A stretch of DNA of 64,000 nt from Eledone cirrhosa (lineage: Eukaryota). The stretch spans positions 49,290,001 to 49,354,000 of the forward strand of contig OZ024743.1 of NCBI GenBank assembly GCA_964016885.1, read 5' to 3'. Position numbers and translations under genes: made by a program. The notes under the pieces were generated by a model that worked only from the letters and a program-made list of their open reading frames with translations, made no database searches and was not told the origin of the DNA. This document shows, in pieces, positions 51,016 through 64,000 of this stretch (positions are counted from its first letter, which is position 1; each line of letters starts with the position of its first letter).

Positions 51016-52014
51016 CTCACACCACATATGCATATATACATATACACTCATAAAGCAGACATACTCACACAACAGATACATGTCCACTGCATGCACACAC
51101 ACATGAATACACATTGGTAATTCTATATGTAATTTTCTGTATATTATAATAGATATATATCAGTGTGTGGAGTAGTGTAAATAGCTGAGTGGTTGGGGTA
51201 TTTAATAACTCCCTCATACACGAGGAGTTCCACTCATCTGTTGGGCATGTTTTTGTTATTTTTAGACAGGGAACTTAATTCTAACATCACCCTAATTCAT
51301 CTATAATTAGATACTAGATACTAGCCTTGTCTGGAGAAGTTACCTGCTATAGATTGGCACCCTAGCCAGTGAAACATCTTCCAACTACTTGAAGTTTCAG
51401 TAAGTACAAAACTGGTGAACCACTGGAATGAGTGAGATGGTTAAATAATGTACTCTTCTGGTTCTTTTGTTTAATTCCTTGCAATTGCTCTTGCATGTCT
51501 GAAGAGACGGTTCAAAGGGTTTACATCAAGAAGGGTATCAATGAATGGACTATACATGTAATTCAAAGGGCCAGATTTGTCACACTTTGTGTCCTGCTGA
51601 ATTTCCCTGAGAGTTATGTTAAGAGTACAACTGTGTCTAGTACTTACACATTAATTTAACAAGGTGGCTGTTCTTTTGCTTAAACAACAGGAACACTCTT
51701 CATCAAAACTATTCACTTTTATTAATTATCAATAACATTAATTTAATCATTTATTATCAGAATGTTTTAAAGATTAATTATGTCAATGTTCCACTGAAAA
51801 TTTTGAGTAATTTTAGCAGTTATTTGTAAGCATATTCCAATTTACATGGGTTACTGTTGAGACTTTCAGGTCTCTGCTTCCTTCTTCCACTAAAGTAAGA
51901 CATCACATCTAAGGAAGGGCCCCCATGAAGAGGAATGGCTGATACAGCACACTTATTGTCTTCCTGACAATGCTTTTGAACTAAGATGCTATTGAACTAA
52001 GATGTGTATGTGTG

Positions 52015-53235
52015 TAGTAGTAGTAGGTGAGACATGTTATTGAACTGGTGTTGGTGGGGAGGTTGTAGTAGGTGGTAGTGTAGTAGGTAAGATATGTTAT
52101 TGAACTGGTGGCAGGGTTTGTAGCAAGTGAGATATGTTACTGAACTGTGTGTAGTAGGTGAAATGTATTATTGAGTCAGGTATATAACAGGTGAGATATG
52201 TTATTGAACCAGGTGTAGTAGGTGAGATATAATTTAAATCAGGTATATAGCAGGTGAGATATGTTATTGAACCAGGTGTTGTAGATGAGATATGTTATTG
52301 AACCAGGTGTTGTAGATGAGATATGTTATTGAACCAGGTGTAATAGATGAGATATGTTATTAAACCAGCTGTAGTAGATCAGATATCTTATTGAACCAGG
52401 TATAATAGATGAGATATGTTATTGAACCAGGTGTAGTAGGTGAGATATGTTATTGAACCAGGTGTAGTAGGTGAGATATGTTATTGAACCAGGTGTAGTA
52501 GGTGAGATATGTTATTGAACCAGGTGTAGTAGGTGAGATATGTTATTGAACCAGGTGTAGTAGGTGAGATATGTTATTGAACCAGGTGTAGTAGGTGAGA
52601 TATGTTATTGAACCAGGTGTAGTAGGTGAGATATGTTATTGAACCAGGTGTAGTAGGTGAGATATGTTATTGAACCAGGTGTAGTAGGTGAGATATGTTA
52701 TTGAACCAGGTGTAGTAGGTGAGATATGTTATTGAACCAGGTATAATAGATGAGATATGTTATTGAACCAGGTGTAATAGATGAGATATGTTATTGAACC
52801 AGGTGTAATAGATGAGATATGTTATTGAACCAGGTGTAATAGATGAGATATGTTATTGAACCAGGTGTAGTAGGTGAGATATGTTATTGAACCAGGTGTA
52901 ATAGATGAGATATGTTATTGAACCAGGTGTAATAGATGAGATATGTTATTGAACCAGGTGTAGTAGGTGAGATATGTTATTGAACCAGGTGTAATAGATG
53001 AGATATGTTATTGAACCAGGTGTAATAGATGAGATATGTTATTGAACCAGGTGTAGTAGGTGAGATATGTTATTGAACCAGGTGTAATAGATGAGATATG
53101 TTATTGAACCAGGTGTAATAGATGAGATATGTTATTGAACCAGGTGTAATAGATGAGATATGTTATTGAACCAGGTGTAATAGATGAGATATGTTATTGA
53201 ACCAGGTGTAGTAGGTGAGATATGTTATTGAACCA
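52015..53235. repeat. 31-bp minisatellite (~39 copies)
   Basis: GTAGTAGGTGAGATATGTTATTGAACCAGGT, with a GTAATAGATGAG variant. Confidence 0.97.
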
Positions 53236-56200
53236 AAGCGTGTGCAATGAGCTTTCATTTTCTCTCTGTTCTATTTTCTTTTGTTTTTGTTTACCAGTCA
53301 ATAGCCATAACTTGAAAGCTATTCAACACACAATATTCTAAATAAACAAATAATTTATCTTTGAATTATTGTTAGCAATATTTCTCCATTTCTCCTTGTG
53401 AATTATTTCTGGAAAAGTTGCATTTTCTGTCAATGTCCTGCAATTCAGGTTCTCAACACATCCTTCCCCATATTTTGTTTAAAACTATCTCTCACCTTCC
53501 ACACATATATAACTTCTCTGCATTAATATTTCATCAAGGAAATATTTCATTCCTGCCAGCTTCTTAAGATTCTGTAATCTTCAATAATTCTTCACCACAT
53601 GCAAAGCTACTCATCCTTCATCCACAACATTCCATTTATTTCCCTCATCACCATTATTGTAAACTATCACCACCATCATTGCCACCATTACCTTCACCAC
53701 CACCACTGCCACCATTACCTTCACCACCACCACCACCACTATCTCCTTTATCATCATCACCACCATCATGATCACCTTCTCCTCACCATCTTTTTACATA
53801 TGACTCTCCCTGCCCCATGCTATCATGAGCTGGAGGAGACCTTTTTGAGACAGTATTCTATACCAAGATGCCATTCCTGATGCAAACTCATGTTTTTATA
53901 ATAAGACAGTGATCATGGCAGGTCAAACCCCTGAGCCGTGAGACTATAATTTACGTTAAACATAAACAAATATCACCTGTACTAACAGTATGAAATACGA
54001 AGTGAAGACACAAACATACATTTATAGGCTTCATACAGTTTCCATCTACCAAATTCCATACCTGAGGCTCTAGTAGAAGACACCCATCTCTGTGAAAGAA
54101 ACAGACTTTTCCTAAGATATGAGTTTTAATTCTTACTATTCTACTGTACTCTTCAAACTCTCATGTTATGTCTAACAACCAGTAGAAACAATTATATTTA
54201 TTAGTGTGCCTCTCTTTATGAAAATTTATATCCAAATCTAACATCTCTGTTTTGTCTCTTATTCGGAATTTAAAATCTGGATAATCCAAATTATTGACCA
54301 CGTTAAACTGAACTAGTTACAACATAAACATGGAAATAGAAAAATTCAATTTATATTTCTGTCAGTTTAAGTTTAATGCCATTGAATCATCTGTTTTATT
54401 TCTCAGTTTGTCTTTCATTCCTTTACTTATTTACTTTTTATCAAATCATTGATGGTGATGATGATGATAGCAATGGTGGTTTTGATGATGGTGGTGATGA
54501 TGGGAAGATGGTGGTTTGGGGGATGTTGATGATAATAGTGGTGGTGGTGATGATGGTAGTTTTGATGAAAGTGGTGGTGATGGTGGAACTATCCATCTTG
54601 TGTACTGAATATTTAATTATACTTAAAGATACAAACGAAAAAGAATATAATTTATTGATGTAATATCTTCAGTATTGTCTCCAACTACTTAATAAACTAC
54701 TCAGAAAGTATATTTAATTACTTTAATGACAGAACTATGTCTCTCTTATGTTAAATGTAGCATCATAACCACTAGAGACAGTGACAAGACTTCCCAGTTA
54801 CACTTCCTTCTATTCATTCACCAACATCTGTGGAAATAACACATAGGGAGCTATAACACATGCAGTTGTTTGTCAAATTAGTGAGAGAGCCTTTCCATCG
54901 TTGCAGTCAAATCTGACTGAAATTGCACACTTCTTTTAAATACACTGAACACACTTGAAGTAACACACTAGGAGCTGCCATACAGTTGTTTATTAAATCA
55001 ACGAGAGCACCTCTACTTAGCAGCTCGACCTGCTAGGAATAGCAGTCAAATCTGCCCAAAATGCACCCATTTTTCTTTTAAATAAAGGACACATTGGATT
55101 TGGTAATGAATAGACAGTGAATTGACAGTTGTTAGGGCTTTGAATAGAATATCTTGTGGTATTTGTTCTGGTTTTCTTTGCTCTCATTTCAAATCCCACC
55201 AAAGTCAACTTTGTCCCTCATCCTTTCAGAGTCAATAAAATAAAGCAGTGGATTGATAACATTTTTAGAGGATCGGATGAAATGCCTTGTGGTATATATT
55301 CAATCACTTTGTGTTTTGAATTGAAATTCCACCTGGGGATTCAAACCCCAATTATGGCCAGAGAAAATTACTCAGTCATGGTACTACAACTGATTTTACA
55401 CCAGCATATTACTGTTATTAGTTAATCTTGATTCTATTGTTATTTGAACTCAGTGTGTATATAGTCCATATCATACTGTTTTGTCCAACACAGCTGCACT
55501 GAAACTGATAAAAGATGCAACAACATCAGTTGCAGTAGAAATAATTGATTTAAAATATACAAAATGTGACATTCAAAGTTAGGTGTAATATTAAATGACA
55601 TTTGAGGCATTTATATATTTCATAGCATTATTGTTATACATCAGCTGTCCCTGTTGGGGTGTGTGTGGGTTTCCCTGTGTGGGTGTCTGCATTTCTGTTA
55701 TGATAATGTTGATGCTCATCATCATCCTCCACCACCATCTTCATCATCATCATTACAGCTGCTGTTCCATTTTGTCTGAGGCTATATTGAGGCAGTATGC
55801 TACAACACAATACCTTTCCTGATGCCAAACATTGTTTTTTTTTCTTTTAAGGAAAATACTGATATTTGCACAGGGGAAACTGTAGAGCTGAGAAACATAA
55901 GCAAACCTTGTGTGTAGATGGTATCAAATATAAAGTTAAGTCATACACACTGCTGACAAACAAACACACATGCATGTGTGTTTGTGTCTGTATATGTCTT
56001 CAAATTGACACCATTTACAAAACTGGTGCCATTTGTTTATGTTCTATAGTTTAGCAGTTTGATGATCATTGGAATACTTACAATACTCAAAAATAAAGGT
56101 TGACATAAGGAAGGGCATCCAACCATAGAAAACTGCCTCAAAAAGTCTCATCCAACCCATGCCTGCATGGAAGAAAGAGTGGATGTAAAAACAATAATGA

Positions 56201-56679
56201 TAATGATAGTTGTTATTTAGCCTTAAGATGGTCATGGTTGGATGGTCTGATTGTGACTATCCTGTTACTTAAGGCTATATAGGACTGTTACTTAAGGCTA
56301 TATAGGACTACATAATCTAATGTCTTGTTTCCTTATTTAAGATGATAGGATGTAATTTTAGGAAGATTTAACTGCCATATCTAGCAGATGGCTGCTGGTA
56401 GCATTGATCTTTGCATCTGCAAGTTTTCTATAGCAAGTCTACATCTTCTTCCTGTTGTCATATTCACTGATTTTCTTGGTCAGTGTTTTCGCTGCAACTG
56501 TCCACATTGAACAGTAAGAAGAGCTGCTATAGATCACTTGATCTCAAAGTGTGTATGTTTGATACTGGAGACAGGCTGTGATATTCATACCTCCAGCAAA
56601 ACTCCAATATCAACTTCATTGCTTATTTGTAGCATTGCTATAATTATTTTTTTCAATATCTTCCAAATCTGTTCAGTTT

Positions 56680-57190
56680 TCATGAGTGATAGAAGGCAGG
56701 AGGCTGAATTAAATGTAAGAATTACTGGAGCTGGTACAGTAATGTGTCAGCTTCAACATTTACTCATCAGAAGGGATGTAGGTGTGAAAGCCAAATTCAC
56801 TATCTTCAATTTGATGTTCATGCCTACCCTTACCTATGGTCATATCATGAATGCAAGTGACCGAAATGGAGTTTTTCTGAAGAATCTTTGGAGTAACGTT
56901 AGTTGATAGAATTTATAGTTTGAATCAAGAGATCACAACTCTGGTATTACAAGCATGTGGTTAAAATGCATAAGGAAAGAATCACTGGACAGATTTTATG
57001 AGTAAAGCCAACCAACAGGAGACCCTGAGCCAAATGGTTGGATGACAGCTATGAGCTTGGTTCATCCCACTTGGGGATCCAGCTGGATCAATTGGAGATA
57101 GTTGCTTCTGATAGGACCCCCTGGAAAGCGTATCTGAGGACTTTGCCTACATGACCCACCCAGGAATAAGTGGGCAAAGAAGAATAAAAG
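56680..57190 (+). mobile_element. Degenerate RTE-group LINE 3' relic (different family)
   Basis: SDRRQEAELNVRI..AG.VM.QL...KAKFTIFNLMFMPTLTYGH..ASDRNGVF resembles an RTE C-terminus. Confidence 0.6.
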
Positions 57191-57842
57191 AAAAAAATAA
57201 CTTCTAGGGCCTGAAAATGTTCTCCAAATCTAAAGATTGCACAAGTGGAAAACATTTGAAATAAACTTTATTCTAGTTATATGCGACCTCAAATTGATTA
57301 GTGATATAAAATATTTGGTACAGGGTAGTTAATAGGTTAATTCCAGCAATCTCCCTTGCTAACTGATCAAATAACAAACATAACTCTGAATATTCCAAAT
57401 GTCATACCTGAACTATCTATCTATACATATCTGCCATATTGTATTTTAGGTGTGGGTTACACAGTGAACTTGATCATGTTGGTACTCAGGTAGTCCCATA
57501 TTGTCCTTATCTATGGTAGTCATGGCAGTGATGTTGAGCTACACTTTAAGAGCCATATTGAGAGTTGTTAGCTAAGTACTTATTGAGAAAAATCTCTGAA
57601 AATATTTTGACAAAACAATCACATTACTTTAATATTTTCTTAATAAAAATCTCCAGGTATTGAATATTTTATGCCATTTTATTGTTTTTGGAGGGAGAAT
57701 ATAAAATAAAATCTAATTTATCAGAAAGGTTACTATAGAAACTGTTTTCAACTAAAATTCAAAAGGATATATATTGCTATGCCAGTTGTTATGGTTACCT
57801 TGAAGTGAAAGCAGAAAGTTTTAATTTTAATTTTATATATAT

Positions 57843-58050
57843 CATCATCATCATATGTCCGCTTTTCCCTGCTTGCAAGGGTGGGACGGGAACTGATTCT
57901 GGCTTTATTTCTACAACTGGATGCCCTTCCTAACACCAACCTCATTTACAGTGAGTGCTGGGTGCTTTTTTTTTCCGTGGCGCCTACACGTCCACTTTAC
58001 AGTGTGGGCTGGGTGCTTTTTTGCCGTGGCAGCTCCACGATCACTTTGCA
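57843..58050 (-). mobile_element. RTE 3' UTR fragment
   Basis: (CAT)n tail after (TA)n, with CTGGATGCCCTTCCTAACACCAACC. Confidence 0.85.
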
Positions 58051-58218
58051 GTGGAATGATAGGGACCCCAGTCCTATCATCTCATTTCTACAGCTGAGTA
58101 AACTGGAGCAATGTGAAATAAAGTGTTTTGCTCAAGGAGACAACACATCATCCAGTCTGAGAATTGAACTCACAACCTTTCAATTGCAAGGCCAGTGCTC
58201 TAACCACTAAGCCATGTG

Positions 58219-58391
<173 letters not shown>

Positions 58392-59737
58392 TTATTTCTA
58401 GATTATTTTATTGCAGTTAGAGATGCCTCATGGTAGTGTTTCAGTTCCATTTTCAATAAGGTCAACTTTGCCTTTCATCCTTTTGTGGTCAATAAAATAA
58501 GTGACTGTCCAGGTGGGAGAATTGTTTGAATGTTGGATGAGATATCTTGCTGTTTGTGTTATGAGTTCAAATCCTGATGTGCTTTATATAGGTGGGAGAT
58601 TTAATCCATCTTTTGGTTTAACACTACCCCCACCTCGCACTAACCTTCCCACCCTAATTAAACAGAAAAAATAAAAATTTGAAGAGGATGAGCAATGTCT
58701 CAACTAGCCCTGCCATCTTGAGTGAAAGTATGGGCCTTGACATAGCAGTGTGGTTAATTTGGGATCACAAATACTTGGTTCTAAGTACAATCCCATAGCA
58801 TGGCACTCTGAGCAAGAGTCTTCTACCATAGCCTTGAATTGGATTTGGTAAATAGAAGCAGTGTGGAAACTGTACAAAACCCTCTTTAAGGCCTGAGTTC
58901 AAACCCTACCGAGGCACACTTTGCTCTCATCCTTTTAGGATTGATAAAATGCTTAACAGAATATAAAATAAGGGGTCGAGTGGGGTGGAGGCAGTATAAT
59001 TTACTATTATCCCCTAGATGGCAGTGTCCCAGCATGGCCATAGTATATTTACTAGGACTAGAAAAAAAAAAGAGAACTTATTCTTGACCTCCCTTTTTTA
59101 TAATTTTTCAGATTTTTTCCAAACCATCTCTTATTAAATTTTGCTAATCTATCTCCAGTGAAATTCTATTTTAATTGGTAGCATTCCTGTGACAATTTTC
59201 TTTATACATTATATATGACAAAAAAAGCATTACTAGAAATCCCATACGTTATAAAATAAATAGGATGGGTTGTGGTCTCAACATGTAAACTAAATGACTA
59301 ATTCTGTTTTTTTAAAAAAATCAATGGAGAGAACCTAGAAAAATTACCGATTTATTCCCACCCCAACCCCTGTTCTTTGGGACCCGAGATTATACAAAAT
59401 TTCTGTTATTTTTGATGGCTAAGAAATATTTTGTCAAATATTGGAAATCTAAAGATTTCAAGTATGCAACAATTTGTGTGTATGTGTTTAAGAGAAATAA
59501 AGAAATGACAAATGAATTATGTGTTTTTTTGCCCTAATGATCTGACAACGGATTGTTTGATCCAATTCCCAAGCTGTTTCATAATTAGACGAGTAAAACT
59601 AAACATTTCAAACTTGAAAATATTCTTCATTGATAAATATTTATTGTTCAAAATGTTATTGTTACACTCCTTCCCCCATGTTTCCTCCCTATTGAGGAAT
59701 ACTCATTGTTAATATTTTATTATTTCTTTCCTGTAGG

Positions 59738-59922
59738 GAGGGGGATTGGCAGTATCGGTAGAGTGTCGGACAACATGCTGTATGGCATAGATCTGAGTTT
59801 GATTGCCGCCGAGGTTAGCTTTACCTTTCATCCTTATGGGGTTGATAAAATAAAGTACCAGTAATGCACTGGGGTTGATTTAATCGACTTACCCCTCCCC
59901 CTTGTGCCTAAAGTAGAAATCA
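59738..59922 (+). mobile_element. SINE family 1 with TSD
   Basis: TATTTCTTTCCTGTA (59721-59735) and TATTACTTCCCTGTA (59924-59938) flank the element. Confidence 0.85.
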
Positions 59923-60038
59923 GTATTACTTCCCTGTATTGTTAAACCTGTTTACATGCAAAACCCACACACAACACATACACAATGTTTTGTTCTGTAC
60001 CGTTCTTAATGTTTTTCTTTGTGGTTATTAAAGACACC

Positions 60039-61150
60039 ATTATTATTATTATTTGCTTGATTTCCATTTCATTAATGGGTTGAGTCTCGAGATGGAGAGA
60101 AACTTCCTGAGAAGGTGAGCAGTTGAAGGCAGCACAATTTTTTGAACCTTGTAAATTATTGGTTTCCATGAAAGAATTTGTTGGCAAATATCTTGGTCTT
60201 TCCCTAGGCACCCATAACAACATGGATGACTTTGGTTTTTAATTGCCACATCCTTGATATCTCAATCTAGAGGTCCTTGTATTTAGATAGTTTCTTAAAT
60301 TCTTTTGCTGAGATGTTTCTATCAGTAGGCACTATCATATCAATGTTTTTGTCATAAGTCTTTGATAACAATGTTTGGTCTGTTAGCATTTATTTGCCTG
60401 TCTATAAATCCCATAATACCATAGAATGGTAACATTCTCTCTCTCAGTGACTGGTTGAGGATGGTGTTCATACCAGTTGTTAGGGTAGGGGATATAGTGA
60501 CAGCGTATGCTCCAGTGCAAGTATTGGCCAACTCGATCATGTCTGGTTTGATATTCTGTAAGAGCAAAGACTGAGCATCCAGCAACAATGTGGTCAATGC
60601 TCTCAAGTTTATCACAGAATCTGCTCTTTGTGCCTTCCCTGTTGATAGGTTCGGGTGAAGAGATTCTGATTTTGAGTCGCTAGGCTAAATCCTGTTTCTG
60701 CTTTCAAACCAGGGCTATGCAGCCACTGATGAGTTCTTTTCATATCTACATCAGCTTCCCTAGCTCATTTAGTATATTGTCCATGCAATGGTTTTTCTTG
60801 CCACAGGTTCTATATTTCCTCCAAGCTTTCCTGTTTGGCTTTTGTCTTACACTTTTTTGCTGCCTTAGTAAGTAGCATGTCTTTGTTATCGACATCATGA
60901 TCAGGGAGGTTAAGCTCTTGTCTGTATTTATACGCCTCTTTTGAGATTGATTGCAGTTTCTTACTCTGTATTGTCCTACCAACTGTATCATAAAATCAGT
61001 GTTACTTTTTATGTACATTTTGGAGTCCTATTATGGTTGTTTTATAGGCCGTTTTATGTATGTCTGCTTTTGGGTGATATAGCTTGTGTAATGTCAACAT
61101 TTCTATTTTAATGATGTTAGAATGTTGCTTTTATCTCTGCTAATTTAATC
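60039..61150 (-). mobile_element. Degenerate RLE-type (R4/Dong-like) non-LTR retrotransposon 3' relic
   Basis: DRQINANRPNIVIKD resembles the restriction-like endonuclease (N)RPDIV motif. K.LHGQY-like and LGT-like pieces are present. Ends in (TAA)n on the minus strand. Confidence 0.65.
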
Positions 61151-62610
61151 TCTGCCATAGTAGCTGTGTGTTGCTGAATTTAACTCATTCATGTCTAACC
61201 TCTACAGTGTTTAAAGTTTAACAAGATTATTTCTAAGTTGTTGAATTTTAGTTGTTGAATTTTTCTAAATTTAAAACAGGTTTTAAACTATGAGGAAGAT
61301 GCAGGCATAGCTTGTGTCGTTGAGAAATTCTTGTAACCATGGGGTTTGGGGTTCTATTTCTCTGCATAGTATGGCACCTTCGGTAAGTGTTTTCTTCTAT
61401 AGCCCCAGGCTGACTAATGTTTTCTGAATGAATTTGAATACTTTCAAATACTTTAGCTCTTTGATATTTGTTTAGTATGACTTTAGAGATCAATTTTGTT
61501 TTTCATCAATTTGGAGTCAATAAAGTATCGGTCAAGAAGTGAATTATCAGAATTGTTAAAGCATCAGATGGGATACCTTGTGGCATCTGCTTTAGCTCTG
61601 TATATTCTGAGTTCAAATCCTACCTCATGTCATCAGAAATAGTGTGACACTTCTGCCAAGAGTTATGACTAGAGATCATAGCAGCAATGGAAGATCAATG
61701 GAAACGTTTTGTTGGTCTGATCTGAAAAATTGGTTTCTTTCCTTCATATTGAATTGAGTTCTTTTTTTTTATTATCTAGTGAAATGGTGATGTGTGATAG
61801 CTCTATTGTTGTAGGCAGTGTATTGATGGTGTGTACTAGTTCTAGTATTGTAGGTAATATGTTGGTAGCTGTACTGATGTAGGTGGTAGATGCAACATGG
61901 TTGAATAGTTTAGAAGTTTGCTTTGATCCTAACATAATTTAACATAGGCTTGGTTCAACCCATACCATGTGAGTGAAATTGGAGAGATAGAAACTGTTTG
62001 GAAGCTGATCAGATGAACTGTATATGTAATTCAAATGACCAGTCTTGTCACACAGAATCTCCCTGAGAATTATGTTAAGGGTGCATATATCTGTGGATAA
62101 TTTCATGAGCAGGTTGTACCATTGATTGAAGAATAGGAACAGTCATTTTTTGAGACAGATCATCATATTGATGTAGGTAGTATGAGGTCACTCTAGTTTT
62201 GTGCTTGGTCACAAGAGGGCTTGCCAAATCAATTTCATAAACATTTTGTTTGTAAATTAAAAAATTAAAACAAATATTTAAAGATTGCCTATAGGTCAGT
62301 TCTTATTTGTTCAGTTATTCAATAACATTCTTACCTTTAAGAATAAAAATTTCAAAAATGCAAGTAGCTCAAATTAGAGAAAAATAATAGTTGTGCAGTT
62401 GTGAAAAGTCATGTAGCCTAATTTAACAACTCTGCCTTTGTTTATCTCTGTTGGTAGCATGTGTGTGTGTGAGGGTGACAGAACTTTAATAATATTGTTG
62501 TGGTATGGTAGCATCAGTCATACACCCTCACATACCATCACAGAAGTACAGTCATCACTGTTGCCACCACCACAATTTGACACTCATTATAACTTCAGTT
62601 CAGTATATAG

Positions 62611-62808
62611 GGCAGTGGTTTAGCAGAATCGTTAGAGCATCTGACAAAATGTTTTGTGGTATTTATGTTTTGGATTAAAATCTTGTTGAAATCAACTTTG
62701 TCTTTCATCTTTCCGGGTTTGTTAGATAAAATAAAGTACCAATCACACACTAGTGTCGTAATCGACTTTCCTCAAACATCCTTGGCCTTGTGCCAAAATT
62801 AGAAATGA
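62611..62808 (+). mobile_element. SINE family 1, diverged
   Basis: GGCAGTGGTTTAGCAGAATCGTTAGAGCA head and CTTTCATCTTTCCGGG...ATAAAATAAAGTACCA core. Confidence 0.75.
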
Positions 62809-63149
62809 TAACTTTAATATAGATGAGTAAGACTAGTTATTTAGAAGGAGATAAGAAAATTAATACAAACATATATTATTAAGAATGAAAGTTAAAATAT
62901 ACCCACTCACATTTCCTTGAGTTCAGTGAATACAAATATATTGATATTTTCCAATGCTATATTTTGAATCCTACAAAATAGTTATCAGTTACTACTGTAT
63001 CAATGGTGTCAGTTTTCTAATAGTGTTAGTAAAACAATAATTCACAGTTGCCTTTGGTCTATTGTTGTCTTTGACTAATTATATATATTTTCCATCAACT
63101 AAATATGTGTGTATGTATATGTGTCATCATCATCACCATCATCATTATG

Positions 63150-63498
63150 TGTATCATCATTATCATCATCATCATCACCGTTTTACGTCCGTTCTTCCAT
63201 GCTAGCATGGGTTAGACGGGTTGTCCTGTTGTGGGCAGTGTCCGGTCGGCTGGCCTTGTCTTGTTCATACAGGAACTGATTCTGGCTTGATTTGTACAGC
63301 TGGATGCCCTTCCTAACACCAACCTCATTTACAGTGAGTGCTGGGTGCTTTTTTTCCATGGCACCTCCACGACCACTTTGCAGTGGGAGGGTGTGGGGAC
63401 ATATTGTCTATATGCTTCAGCTTTGGCTTGTACCCGTGGGGAGTCGGGTCTTCTGCGTGATGCCAGAGGTCATGGTCATGTGTCATCGCCTTTGAGAG

Positions 63499-63501
<3 letters not shown>
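63150..63501 (-). mobile_element. RTE LINE 3' fragment
   Basis: (CAT)n tail, family 3' UTR and ORF end HLSKAMTHDHDLW. The 5' junction runs into (TA)n. Confidence 0.88.
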
Positions 63502-63560
<59 letters not shown>

Positions 63561-64000
63561 TCATCATCATCGTCAGTTAATGTCCATCTTCCACACTAGT
63601 ATGGGTGTTTTGTTCCATTTGATGTAAACATTTTTGTCGATGTACTCAATTTTATCAGGGTAACCTGTTCTATTTAAAGCATTACTGCCGAAAATGTGTT
63701 TGTTAGCTGAGAGTTCTTTGTTGAATACTATTAAGTATGGCCCTTTTAACGTTTCTAGGGTGGATTGAATAAAAGTTAACATAATGAAGGTTTTTGTTTA
63801 ATGGAATGGCTAGTAAAGGCCAGAATTAAGGTTTAACGTTATGTCTAGGAAGTTGACTATTCTATTATTATTTTCTCTTTTGAGCTTAAGACCATAATTA
63901 TTTAAAAAATCAGCAATTATTTTCTTTTTCTTATTAAAGGCGCTATTATTATGGTTAATTAATGCAAAAAGAGCATCATCTTGATATTAACCTCCGCCAA

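Noticed and set aside
53298-53346. Terminal exon after a strong acceptor (NSHNLKAIQHTIF*, AATAAA)
   Set aside because: No identified upstream exon has a matching phase, and AATAAA is common at this AT content. Left uncalled.
53599-53880. His-rich ORF (also 54376-54663 and 55595-55828)
   Set aside because: (CAC/CAT)n simple repeats adjoining decayed RTE tails, with no splice support.

Overview
AT-rich eukaryotic genomic DNA, very likely from an octopus or other coleoid cephalopod. The species is my inference from the SINE and RTE repeat families and was not verified by search. No prokaryotic system, CRISPR array or intact long cellular ORF is present. The window looks like long introns of a plus-strand gene of unknown identity. 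Several short candidate exons splice in frame (best supported: 9670-9740, 11252-11392, 20553-20613). The rest is transposon and repeat sequence: (1) a cluster of RTE-clade LINEs at 31.1-36.8 kb, including a young near-full-length but inactivated copy with AP endonuclease, RT and an inserted PHD-like finger; (2) many RTE 3' fragments; (3) a CR1-like 3' half and an R4/Dong-like relic; (4) several tRNA-derived SINE families; (5) piggyBac-like and Tc1/mariner-like MITEs and a non-autonomous Helitron; (6) four large minisatellite arrays. The most interesting signals are the near-universal placement of the RTE family at (TA)n microsatellites, a recursive-splice-like AG|GTAAGT site with an 81-nt stop-containing exon, two hammerhead/Penelope-like relics (one within a 226-bp foldback), a covarying 3' stem-loop in the RTE tail, and minisatellites that change unit length along the array. 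None is proven novel, and all were read by eye. Boundaries of degenerate repeats are approximate.
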